Below are positions 10,658-20,133 of a DNA stretch of 64,000 nucleotides, in pieces. The stretch is taken from positions 507,042-571,041 of the forward strand of contig CAYJKP010000001.1 in NCBI GenBank assembly GCA_964371245.1, read 5' to 3'. The notes beneath the pieces are model-generated. The model saw only the letters and a list, made by a program, of their open reading frames with translations, was not told where the DNA came from and did not search any database. The position numbers and the translations under genes are program-made. Each line of letters opens with the position of its first letter. Position 1 is the first letter of the stretch. The stretch comes from an uncultured Gammaproteobacteria bacterium (GTDB lineage: Bacteria > Patescibacteriota > Patescibacteriia > JAHIZJ01).

Positions 10658-13600
10658 ATGGATTTTGTCCATCTCCACGTCCACAGTCATTATAGCCTGC
10701 TCGATGGTCTGCCAAAAATTGACGAATTAATCGAGAAGGTTAAAAAGGAGGGTATGACAGCCGTGGCCATCACTGACCACGGTGTTATGTATGGAGCCGT
10801 TGAATTCTACCAAAAAGCCGTCAAAGCCGGCATCAAACCGATCATTGGAATCGAAGCCTACGTCGCCCGATCAAGTCGTTTCGATAAACGCGCGAAAATC
10901 GACGAGCGGCCGTATCATTTAATCTTATTGGCAAAGAATCAAACCGGCTATCAAAATTTGATAAAGCTCACCAGCCTTGCCCACTTGGAAGGTTTTTATC
11001 GGAAACCGCGCGTTGATTTTGAATTATTGGAAAAATATCACGACGGTTTAATCGCGCTTACCGCCTGCCTTCAAGGCGAACTCGCCTGTCATATTGTCGC
11101 GAATAATCTCTCCAAGGCCGAGGAAATGATCCAACGGTACCAAAGCCTCTTCGGCCCAGACAATTTTTATCTCGAAGTCCAGTACCATCCCGGCCTTACC
11201 CATCAGCCGGAAGTCAATGACCGTATTTTTCAATTTAGCGAAAAGTACGGCGTACCAGTCGTAGCTACGAATGACGTACATTATCTCGAGCCGGAAGATG
11301 CCGAGGCGCAGGATATCCTTCTCTGCATCCAGACAAAAGCGAAAAAGTCGGACCAAGAGCGTTTAACCTACTTGCCTAACGACTATTCATTTTTGCCGAC
11401 TGAGCGCGTCAGGGAGTATTTTCACGACCACCCTGAGGTGCTCGAAAATACGGTTAAAGTCGCGGCGCTATGCAATTTTGAATTAGAGCTTGGGAAAATC
11501 ACGTTGCCGCATTTCCCCGTTCCGTCAGGTCATACCGCCGATCAGTTTCTGCGCGATCTTTGCCTTGAGGGATTGAACACGCGCTACGGTCTGAGCGATT
11601 CCTCGAAGCCGAAAGACGAGCGTGAGCGCGCGATCGTTGAGCGCATGGATTTTGAGCTGTCGGTCATTGAGAAAACCGGCTTTGCCTCATATTTCCTGAT
11701 TGTTCAGGACTTTATTAATTGGGCGAAGAATAATTCTATCGTCGTCGGTCCCGGTCGGGGCTCAGCCGCCGGCTCGATTATTTCATATCTTACGAACATA
11801 ACGAATCTAGACCCCCTCACCTATGAACTCCTGTTTGAGCGGTTTCTAAATCCGGAACGCATCTCAATGCCCGATATCGACGTCGATTTTGCCGATGATC
11901 GCCGTGACGAGGTCATCCGCTACGTCGAGCAAAAGTACGGGGCCGATCACGTCGCGCAAATAATAACCTTCGGAACAATGGCGGCGCGGGCGGCCATCCG
12001 CGATGTCGGCCGGGTCATGGGCCTAAGCTATACCTACTGCGATCGCGTGGCCAAACTTATTCCCATGTTTTCATCCCTGACAGACGCCATAACCAACGTA
12101 TCCGAATTGAGGGAAATATATGCGAATGATGAGGAGGGTAAAAACCTCCTGGATAACGCAAAGAAACTAGAGGGCGTGGCCCGCCACGCTTCAACTCATG
12201 CCTGCGGCGTCGTCATCACGAAAGACGCACTCGATCATTATTTACCGATTCAATACGCCAGCCAAGACGACCGAACCATCATCTCGCAATATTCCCTTCA
12301 CCCGATTGAAGATCTCGGTTTGTTGAAAATGGATTTTCTCGGCTTAAAAAACCTTACCATTTTACAGCAGGCGATCCGCATCATCGAAAAAACGCGCGGC
12401 CAAGACATCAATCTTGATACGATTCCGCTTACTGACAAAAAAACATTTCGCCTGCTGCAGCGAGCCGAAACAACCGGCGTCTTTCAGTTGGAAAGTTCGG
12501 GCATGAAACGGTATCTGCGACAACTCCAGCCGACCGAGCTCGAAGATATCATCGCCATGGTTTCACTCTACCGGCCGGGTCCGATGGAGCTGATCCCCGA
12601 TTTTATCGCTGGCAAACACGGCCTGAAAAAAACCCACTACCTCCACCCCAAGCTCCAGCCGATTCTCGAAAAAACGCATGGCGTCGCCGTGTACCAGGAA
12701 CAGATCATGCAAATCGCCCAGTCGCTGGCTGGGTTTACCTTGGCCGAGGCTGATGTTCTGCGGAAAGCGGTCGGTAAAAAAATCGCCAAGCTTCTCAATG
12801 AGCAGCGCGAAAAATTCATCACCGGTTGCGTTACTAATAAAATTTCCAGAGAAACAGCTGATCGCATATTTCAATTTATCGAGCCCTTTGCCCGGTATGG
12901 GTTCAACCGCTCGCACGGCGCGTGTTATGCCCTGATTGCCTATCAAACTGCCTATTTCAAGGCGAATTACACGGAAGAATTTATGGCCGCATTATTAACC
13001 TCTGATCAGGAAAATATTGACCGCATTTCGGTTGAGGTTGCCGAGTGCGAACGTCTCGGCATCCAAGTGCTCCCACCAGATATAAATGAAAGTTTTGACA
13101 CGTTCACGGTCGTGACGAACCAGTCGCCCGAACACAAGCCGACGATTCGGTTTGGCCTTCGCGCGATAAAGAATCTCGGCACGAATATTGTTGAAACGAT
13201 TATTAAAGAACGCAAGGCCAAGGGTCCGTACGCCACGCTGGAAGATTTCCTCAGTCGGGTGCACACCAAGGATTTAAATAAGAAATCGCTGGAAAGCCTC
13301 ATAAAATGCGGCGCGGTTGATCGCTACGGCGAGCGCAACCTTCTCCTGCAAAATGCCGAGGTCTTACTCACCTACGCCAAATCCGCTGAAAAGGAAAGCG
13401 TCAACGGACAAACGAGCTTCTTTCGCTTTGCCCCGATCCACGATTCGCCGAAATTAAAACTCCGCCCGATTGAGCCGGCTCCAAAAGAACAACGCCTCGC
13501 CTGGGAAAAATCGCTGCTGGGACTCTATATCACCGAACATCCGTTTGCCGATTATTACGAGAAGATACAAAGTCACATAACCTTGATACGAGATTTAAAA

Positions 13601-14155
13601 GAGATCCGGGGTCGCCAAAAAGTGAAGTTTGGAGGTATAATTACGAATATCCAGCGCGTCTTGACCCGAAATCATGACACGATGCTGTTTGTCCGGCTGG
13701 AAGATACGAGCGGGATGGCTGAGGTCTTGGTTTTTCCGAGCATCCTACAAAATAATCCAGAAATCTGGCAGGAAGACAACATCGTGGTGCTGACTGGACG
13801 GCCATCCGACAAAGACGACGAACGGAAAATAATCGCTGACGAAGGTCGAACCATAACGCTTGATAATGCCGTCGAGGTCGTCCAGCAATTGACGGCCTTC
13901 TCCACCTCGGGACAATATGCTGCTCCAAAACAAAAAAATATTTACATTACCGTGCCGGCAGCCGTCCAGCCGGAAACGTACAATCAGTTAAAAAACGCGT
14001 TATCGAAGTATCCCGGAACCACGGACGTTTATCTCATCCTGCCTGGTAAAACGGGACAACGCATCGTCAAAACGCGCGTTCAAGCGCAGCTGACTGAGCC
14101 GCTGTCAAATGAAATCGCCTCCTTACTGGGCAATAACAGCGTTACTCTTCGTTAA
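10658..14155 (+). CDS. dnaE: DNA polymerase III alpha subunit
   Basis: HLHVHSHYSLLDG (PHP), GPGRGSAAGS, PDIDVDF, LLKMDFLGL, C-terminal OB fold. Confidence 0.99.
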   Translation: MDFVHLHVHSHYSLLDGLPKIDELIEKVKKEGMTAVAITDHGVMYGAVEFYQKAVKAGIKPIIGIEAYVARSSRFDKRAKIDERPYHLILLAKNQTGYQNLIKLTSLAHLEGFYRKPRVDFELLEKYHDGLIALTACLQGELACHIVANNLSKAEEMIQRYQSLFGPDNFYLEVQYHPGLTHQPEVNDRIFQFSEKYGVPVVATNDVHYLEPEDAEAQDILLCIQTKAKKSDQERLTYLPNDYSFLPTERVREYFHDHPEVLENTVKVAALCNFELELGKITLPHFPVPSGHTADQFLRDLCLEGLNTRYGLSDSSKPKDERERAIVERMDFELSVIEKTGFASYFLIVQDFINWAKNNSIVVGPGRGSAAGSIISYLTNITNLDPLTYELLFERFLNPERISMPDIDVDFADDRRDEVIRYVEQKYGADHVAQIITFGTMAARAAIRDVGRVMGLSYTYCDRVAKLIPMFSSLTDAITNVSELREIYANDEEGKNLLDNAKKLEGVARHASTHACGVVITKDALDHYLPIQYASQDDRTIISQYSLHPIEDLGLLKMDFLGLKNLTILQQAIRIIEKTRGQDINLDTIPLTDKKTFRLLQRAETTGVFQLESSGMKRYLRQLQPTELEDIIAMVSLYRPGPMELIPDFIAGKHGLKKTHYLHPKLQPILEKTHGVAVYQEQIMQIAQSLAGFTLAEADVLRKAVGKKIAKLLNEQREKFITGCVTNKISRETADRIFQFIEPFARYGFNRSHGACYALIAYQTAYFKANYTEEFMAALLTSDQENIDRISVEVAECERLGIQVLPPDINESFDTFTVVTNQSPEHKPTIRFGLRAIKNLGTNIVETIIKERKAKGPYATLEDFLSRVHTKDLNKKSLESLIKCGAVDRYGERNLLLQNAEVLLTYAKSAEKESVNGQTSFFRFAPIHDSPKLKLRPIEPAPKEQRLAWEKSLLGLYITEHPFADYYEKIQSHITLIRDLKEIRGRQKVKFGGIITNIQRVLTRNHDTMLFVRLEDTSGMAEVLVFPSILQNNPEIWQEDNIVVLTGRPSDKDDERKIIADEGRTITLDNAVEVVQQLTAFSTSGQYAAPKQKNIYITVPAAVQPETYNQLKNALSKYPGTTDVYLILPGKTGQRIVKTRVQAQLTEPLSNEIASLLGNNSVTLR

Positions 14156-14163
14156 ATACCACC

Positions 14164-15324
14164 ATGCCAAAACGCGAGACTATTCACCGAACGAAAATCC
14201 AGCGATCGTATCGGACCATCGTGGTCGTATTCTTTATCGTCGCCATCCTGCTGGTCACCAGCATCGCCTATTTCTCATTTTCAAAAACCACCATTTCAGT
14301 CGTGGCTAAACCCGATCCGTATTCTACCACGATTACTTTTTCAATCGTTCAAAAAACTGAGCCTGAATCATTAAGCGATCAAACGGTGTTAGCGGGGGTT
14401 GTGCTTGAAACAACCCAAGAGGTCCAAAAAGAATTCCAAGCCCAAACTCAAAAGGACACGGTGCCAGCGAAAGCCACCGGCAGCGTCGTCATCTACAACA
14501 AGCAGAGTAAAGCCCAGCCGTTGGTTGCCGGAACGCGCTTGCTCTCGCCCGAGAATATACTTTTCCGGACCGATACGCGCGTTGATGTGCCGGCGAACGG
14601 CCAAGTCGAAGTGACCGTCACTGCCGATCAGCCTGGAAAAACAGGCGAACTCGGTGCCACCCACTTCACGCTGCCCGCGCTCTGGCCGGGACAGCAGGAT
14701 AAAGTCTATGCTGAGAATGCTGAACCGATGACCGGCGGCACGCGCAATACGACCGTCGCCACGCGTGAGGAAATCGCCAAAGCGAAACGTGAAACATTCG
14801 ATGAGTGCTATGCCAAAGCCCTCGACGTCATGGACACGGAACTAAAAAAACGAAACGCCGATTATACGATCCGGGCTTCGAAAAAGGAAGTGATCAGTGA
14901 GCTGTCATCGGTTGAGCCGGAAACAGCGACCACAACATATACGATTACTACAAAAATCCATGTGATCGGGGTGAGTTACGATGAACAAAACGCCAACGCT
15001 CAGGCCCTGAAACAGTCCCAAAACAAAGTATCATCAAACGCGACTTTCATCCTCTCGACTGATACACCCTATCGTTCCGAGGTTGACCAATACGATATGA
15101 CAAATCAGAGCGCGAATTTACGGGTAACTGTCTCCGGCTCGACGATCGTAAATCTCTCGCATGACATGTTTGATCGGAAAAAACTGATGAATATGGATCG
15201 CGAGGAGGTCGAACGGTACTTTGCCCAGTATCCCGAGATTGAATCCGTGGAAGTCCATTTTTCACCGTTTTGGCTGTTTCGCACGCCGTCGCTCGCCGAC
15301 CATATCGATGTTAAATTGCAATAA
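14164..15324 (+). CDS. membrane-anchored hypothetical protein with a possible baseplate-J-like beta module
   Basis: N-terminal TM segment; KATGSVVIYN..LVAGTRL..VTADQPG..TGG pattern (family call from memory). Confidence 0.6.
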   Translation: MPKRETIHRTKIQRSYRTIVVVFFIVAILLVTSIAYFSFSKTTISVVAKPDPYSTTITFSIVQKTEPESLSDQTVLAGVVLETTQEVQKEFQAQTQKDTVPAKATGSVVIYNKQSKAQPLVAGTRLLSPENILFRTDTRVDVPANGQVEVTVTADQPGKTGELGATHFTLPALWPGQQDKVYAENAEPMTGGTRNTTVATREEIAKAKRETFDECYAKALDVMDTELKKRNADYTIRASKKEVISELSSVEPETATTTYTITTKIHVIGVSYDEQNANAQALKQSQNKVSSNATFILSTDTPYRSEVDQYDMTNQSANLRVTVSGSTIVNLSHDMFDRKKLMNMDREEVERYFAQYPEIESVEVHFSPFWLFRTPSLADHIDVKLQ

Positions 15325-15330
15325 GGATTC

Positions 15331-15359
15331 TTGACAGATCTGGGCTCTTTTTCTACTAT
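15331..15359 (+). promoter_or_regulatory. sigma70-type promoter for the thrS leader
   Basis: TTGACA(15331-36)-17-TACTAT(15354-59). Confidence 0.8.
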
Positions 15360-15365
15360 GTCAAT

Positions 15366-15530
15366 ACCGGGCGATTGACTAGGCTACCAACCTAGTTAGG
15401 ACTTCCTAGCCTTCACTGGCCTAAGCCAAGACAATTCAACGAGCGGTCGGTCAGCTGACCGGCAATTTGGGTGGAACCGCCCACGAAATATTGGGTCCCA
15501 ATCAGCGCATTGTTTGGGATTTTTATTTTC
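15366..15530 (+). ncRNA. T-box riboswitch (Thr), transcriptional, with atypical short Stem I
   Basis: Antiterminator TTGGG-TGGAACC-GCCCA...TGGGT-CCCAA; overlapping terminator GTCCCAA...TTGGGAT-TTTTATTTT; Stem III-like GTCGGTCA/TGACCGGC; lies upstream of thrS. Confidence 0.85.
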
Positions 15531-15543
15531 TATTAATACACGT

Positions 15544-17283
15544 ATGAAACCAAGCCAACTTGAAAAGATCCGCCATTCCCTGTCTCATCTTTTAGCTATG
15601 GCCGTACTCGAAAAATTTCCTCAAGCGAAACTGGCCATTGGCCCGACGATCGAGAATGGGTTTTATTACGATTTCGATCTTATGGAGAAAATAAATACCG
15701 AGGTGTTGCCCGCGCTTGAAAAAAAGATGAAGGCGCTGATAAAACAGAACCTCGAACTTGTCCAATCAATTGAAACGCCAGAGACAGCGAAAAAAATGAT
15801 GGCGTATCAGCCCTATAAAATTGAGCTGATCGAGGAGTTAATTAAAGGAAAATCTGACTTATCTTTCTACCGCTCGGGCAATTTTATTGATCTGTGCAGC
15901 GGTCCTCATGTGGCCACGACAAAAGAAATCAATTCTGACTCTTTTAAACTCATTTCGGTCGCTGGTGCCTACTGGCGCGGCGATGAGAAAAAACAACAGC
16001 TTCAGAGGATTTACGGCGTGGCATTTGCGACGAAAGCGGAGCTTGATGCGTATCTGGCCCAGCAGGCTGAGGCACTCAAACGTGATCACCGCAAGATCGG
16101 ACAAGAATTGGATTTATTTACCATCTCACCGTTGGTCGGCTCCGGCCTGCCCATGTATACGCCTCGTGGTGTTGTTATGTTCCGGGCGATAACCGGTTTA
16201 TTGAATGAACTGGAAACAGCGTATGGTTATGAGTTCGTCGATATCCCCCACCTCGGGAAAATTGACTTGTATAAGACATCAGGCCACTGGGACAAATACA
16301 AAGACTCCATTTTTACGGTGAAAGGCCATGGTGAAGATTTCGTGCTCAAACCGATGAACTGCCCGCACCACATGCAGATTTACGCCTCCCGGCCGCGCAG
16401 TTGGCGGGATTTACCGGTACGATATTCCGAGGTCACGAAGCAATATCGCGACGAAAAGGCTGGCGAGCTGCTGGGATTGTCCCGGGTACGTTCGATTTCA
16501 ATCGACGACAACCATATTTTCTGCCGTCCGGACCAGCTCCAGGATGAAATGGAGCACGCCTATCAGATCATCAAGAAATTCAGCGGTGTCTTCGGCTTTG
16601 AACACATGATCCGGTTGTCCATCCGCGACCCGAAGAAAAAGGCCAGTTATTTGGGTGACGATGCCACCTGGGCAAAAGCCGAAAAGGAGCTGGTAAAGCT
16701 ACTCGACCGGTTAGGCGAAAAATACGTTATTGGTGAAGGCGAAGCGTCGTTTTATGCCCCGAAGATCGATTTCATCCAGAAGGATTCCCTGGGCCGGTCG
16801 TGGCAGCTCTCGACGATCCAGCTTGATTTTGTCGAGCCTGAACGCTTCAACCTCGAATACGCAGACGACAAAGGCAATAAAACCCGGCCAGCCATTCTTC
16901 ATATTGCCGTGGCCGGATCCCTGGAACGATTCTTGTCCATCATGATCGAGCACTACGCCGGCGCCTTCCCGGTCTGGCTGTCTCCGGTTCAAGTCCAGCT
17001 CATTCCCGTCGGGTCGCGCCATGAGGCTGCCTGCCAGAAGCTCGCGCGCGAGTTCACAACGCTGGGCATACGAACCAATGTCGATGTACTGAACGAAACA
17101 GTGGGAAATAAGATACGCAAGGCTCTGAAAACGAAGGTGCCCTATCTTCTCGTGATCGGCGACAAAGAAGAAAAATCGACAAAGCTGCATATTCGCAAAC
17201 GTGGTGATGATACAGTTCATCTTCAATCGAAAAAACAGTTTACCGCGCAGCTACTCAAAGAAATTGCGGAGCGCCTGACGTAG
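15544..17283 (+). CDS. thrS: threonine--tRNA ligase (lacks the TGS domain)
   Basis: RHSLSHLLA, DLCSGPH, RDHRKIG, LKPMNCPHH, GSLERF. Confidence 0.99.
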   Translation: MKPSQLEKIRHSLSHLLAMAVLEKFPQAKLAIGPTIENGFYYDFDLMEKINTEVLPALEKKMKALIKQNLELVQSIETPETAKKMMAYQPYKIELIEELIKGKSDLSFYRSGNFIDLCSGPHVATTKEINSDSFKLISVAGAYWRGDEKKQQLQRIYGVAFATKAELDAYLAQQAEALKRDHRKIGQELDLFTISPLVGSGLPMYTPRGVVMFRAITGLLNELETAYGYEFVDIPHLGKIDLYKTSGHWDKYKDSIFTVKGHGEDFVLKPMNCPHHMQIYASRPRSWRDLPVRYSEVTKQYRDEKAGELLGLSRVRSISIDDNHIFCRPDQLQDEMEHAYQIIKKFSGVFGFEHMIRLSIRDPKKKASYLGDDATWAKAEKELVKLLDRLGEKYVIGEGEASFYAPKIDFIQKDSLGRSWQLSTIQLDFVEPERFNLEYADDKGNKTRPAILHIAVAGSLERFLSIMIEHYAGAFPVWLSPVQVQLIPVGSRHEAACQKLAREFTTLGIRTNVDVLNETVGNKIRKALKTKVPYLLVIGDKEEKSTKLHIRKRGDDTVHLQSKKQFTAQLLKEIAERLT

Positions 17284-17378
17284 TCACAATCATCATTGAC
17301 AAAGTACCGCGCCTTGCTACCATAGGGGCACGCATCTCGCAACACGTCCACCTCGCCAGTAGAAGGAGGTGAACATCA

Positions 17379-17771
17379 GTGTCACCAGTAAAAAGCCGCG
17401 TTTCCTACCGTACCGATCTGTCCAAACTGCTTAAGGCTGCAAACGTCGATCTCGGGTGGCTGTATGCCCGGATTGACGCCAACGCACAGGGACGGATCAG
17501 TGCCAGACTCTCGCATCCGGCTTTTGGCCAGCCTGAGGAGCTGAGCCAAAACGGGTACCCGGCTGAACATGTCGCACAAGCTGAACGAACGGCCGAGATC
17601 ATTCTCCAAGAATCGGCGCGCTACATCATTTCTCTATTTGAAGAGACCAAACGGACCTGGGTCGAAAAGCCAGCCATGGAGGGGTTACATGAGGCGGAGG
17701 AATCTTCCGATCAGACGTCAGCACGGTCACAGACCGATTCGAGCCAACAGCAGTTGGGCGAGGTTGCCTAA
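17379..17771 (+). CDS. hypothetical protein
   Basis: Own promoter (TTGACA 17296, TACCAT 17318), AAGGAGGTGA before the GTG, and a downstream hairpin. Confidence 0.7.
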   Translation: MSPVKSRVSYRTDLSKLLKAANVDLGWLYARIDANAQGRISARLSHPAFGQPEELSQNGYPAEHVAQAERTAEIILQESARYIISLFEETKRTWVEKPAMEGLHEAEESSDQTSARSQTDSSQQQLGEVA

Positions 17772-17777
17772 GAGATG

Positions 17778-17816
17778 CCCCCCTTTGTTTGGCCAACGAG
17801 CAAAGGGGTTCTTCTT
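17778..17816 (+). terminator. intrinsic terminator
   Basis: CCCCTTTG...CAAAGGGG-TTCTTCTT. Confidence 0.6.
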
Positions 17817-17832
17817 ATAAGATTTCTTGCTT

Positions 17833-19197
17833 ATGAAATATTTTCTTCAAGTCTTTGGCTGTCAGATGAATCTTTCCGACGCCGAACGACTGCGGACCGT
17901 GCTTGAACGATCCGGCTACACCGCGACGGCAAATGAAAACAACGCCGACCTGATCGCCGTTGTTGCCTGTGCCGTTCGCCAATCGCCCGTTGACCGAATC
18001 TACGGCCGCGCCCGTCGCTGGCAGGAATGGAAAAAGAATAAACCGCTTATAACCGTGCTGACGGGTTGCGTTTTGAATTACGATCAGAAAAAACTTACCG
18101 GTGTTTTTGATTACCTTTTTCCAATCACTGATTTGGATGCTTTTGCTCTAACCCTAGCCGGGCAAACACCTGCTCACCAAGATGGGGGCAATCCGGCCGA
18201 TTATTTCTTTACACCACCAAAACATACCTCTGTCTTCCAGGCGTATGTTCCAATCTCGATCGGTTGTAATAAATTTTGCAGCTATTGTGCCGTCCCCTAC
18301 ACGCGCGGCCGCGAAACATCGCGCGATCCAAAGGACATCATCAATGAAATTTCAGAATTGATCCGGGCGGGATATAAAGAAATAACGCTCCTGGGACAAA
18401 ATGTTAATTCATACGGGAACGATTTTGAAGGCGTTGCGCTGAATCTTCCGGGCCGGACCGTCCATAAATATCAACGCGGCCACGATGGTCAACTTGAAAT
18501 TGCGAAGCGTTCGGTTTCGCAGCCGATGAATTTCCCCTGCTTACTCCAAACAATTGCTCAACTGCCTGGGCAATTTTGGTTGCGTTTTATTACGAGCCAT
18601 CCGTATGATCTTAGCGATGAGCTCATTTCTGTCATCGCTCAGGAAAAAAAGGTCACGCCCTACCTCCATTTGCCCATTCAATCCGGGAGCGACCGCGTTT
18701 TGCGTCGGATGAATCGTTTGTACTCGATTGAACAATATCGTGAACGCGTTAAAAAAATCCGTTCACTCATTCCGGCCGTTGTCTTGACGACCGATATTAT
18801 CGTTGGTTTTCCCGGTGAGACCGCTGATGATTTTCAAAAAACCTGCCTGGCGGTTCAAGAATTTAATTACGACTTGGCATATATTGCCCAATATTCGCCC
18901 CGACCCGGTACAAAATCCGCTGAGTTCCGCGATGATGTCCCGCGTTTTGAAAAGAAAAAACGCGAACAAAAAGTTAACGATATTTTGCGTCAGGTGGCGG
19001 CCCAACAGAACCTACGATTAGTAAACACCGAATCTGAGGTCCTCTTTGATCGATATAAAAACGGCTTTGCCTATGGAAAAACGTTTAGCGGGAAAAATAT
19101 TCGCGTGAAATCAGCCCACAATCTCGCTGGCACTTTTCGAAATGTTCTCATAACCAAGACCACTGCTTGGCATCTTGAGGGTACACTCCATGACTAA
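17833..19197 (+). CDS. miaB: tRNA-2-methylthio-N6-dimethylallyladenosine synthase
   Basis: GCQMN, CNKFCSYC radical SAM motif, LLGQNVNSYG, TRAM domain; next to miaA. Confidence 0.93.
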   Translation: MKYFLQVFGCQMNLSDAERLRTVLERSGYTATANENNADLIAVVACAVRQSPVDRIYGRARRWQEWKKNKPLITVLTGCVLNYDQKKLTGVFDYLFPITDLDAFALTLAGQTPAHQDGGNPADYFFTPPKHTSVFQAYVPISIGCNKFCSYCAVPYTRGRETSRDPKDIINEISELIRAGYKEITLLGQNVNSYGNDFEGVALNLPGRTVHKYQRGHDGQLEIAKRSVSQPMNFPCLLQTIAQLPGQFWLRFITSHPYDLSDELISVIAQEKKVTPYLHLPIQSGSDRVLRRMNRLYSIEQYRERVKKIRSLIPAVVLTTDIIVGFPGETADDFQKTCLAVQEFNYDLAYIAQYSPRPGTKSAEFRDDVPRFEKKKREQKVNDILRQVAAQQNLRLVNTESEVLFDRYKNGFAYGKTFSGKNIRVKSAHNLAGTFRNVLITKTTAWHLEGTLHD

Positions 19198-20089
19198 TTA
19201 TACTAATACATTACTACTCGTCGTCGGCCCGACTGCATCTGGAAAATCGGCCTGGGGCGAGCGTCTGGCGAAAAAATACCGCGGCGCTATTCTTTCGGCT
19301 GACTCGCGACAGATCTATAAAGAATTGTCGATTGGCACCAACGCACCGACAAAGCAAATCCAACGACGCATTCCTCATTACTTTATCCAGACCCTCCAAC
19401 CAACAAAGGCGTATTCAGCTGGACAGTTTCAGCGCGAGGCGACGCGAGCGATACACCAGTGCTGGAAAAACCATCATTTGCCGATCGTCATCGGCGGGAC
19501 GGGCTTATACGTCGATGCGTTGGTGAGCGGTTTTTCTTTTCCTACAAAAAAAACCGACCCGGCGCTTCGTCAGCGTTTAAGCCGCTTATCGCTCAGCCAG
19601 CTTTTCACGACACTTCGGCGTCTCGCTCCAAAAACGGCCGCGACCATTGATCAACACAATCGGCACCGCTTGATCAGAACGCTGGAAATCGCCATGCGCA
19701 CGGGCCGAGAACCGATTACGCTGCGTCAGCGCCAGGACCGGTCGTGGAATATTTTGTTGATCGGTGTTTTAATGGATCGGCAAACATTATACCGCCGCAT
19801 CGATCAACGAGTTGACCTGATGATCCGCCGGGGCTTGATTGCCGAGGTACGTCGTTTATCGAAAAAATATTTATGGAAATCGCCGGCCCTGAGCGGTATC
19901 GGCTATAAACAAATCGGGCAATATCTCCGCGGTGCGATTTCCAAAGACGAAGCAATCCGCCTCATTAAACGTGACACTCGCCATTACGCGAAACGGCAGC
20001 TGACGTGGTTTCATCGAAATAAGCAGATACATTGGTTTTCTCATTATACCCAGGCCGAAAAAGCGGTCCGGGCGTTTTTAGTAAATTAA
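19190..20089 (+). CDS. miaA: tRNA dimethylallyltransferase
   Basis: GPTASGKS, ADSRQIY, GGTGLY, YAKRQLTWF. Confidence 0.97.
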   Translation: MTNYTNTLLLVVGPTASGKSAWGERLAKKYRGAILSADSRQIYKELSIGTNAPTKQIQRRIPHYFIQTLQPTKAYSAGQFQREATRAIHQCWKNHHLPIVIGGTGLYVDALVSGFSFPTKKTDPALRQRLSRLSLSQLFTTLRRLAPKTAATIDQHNRHRLIRTLEIAMRTGREPITLRQRQDRSWNILLIGVLMDRQTLYRRIDQRVDLMIRRGLIAEVRRLSKKYLWKSPALSGIGYKQIGQYLRGAISKDEAIRLIKRDTRHYAKRQLTWFHRNKQIHWFSHYTQAEKAVRAFLVN

Positions 20090-20114
20090 AAAGGGAGGGT
20101 TTTGGATACCTCCC
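20088..20114 (-). terminator. intrinsic terminator after pyrBI
   Basis: Minus strand GGGAGG...CCTCCC-TTTTT. Confidence 0.6.
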
Positions 20115-20133
20115 AGGAAAGAGCTGCGGGGTG

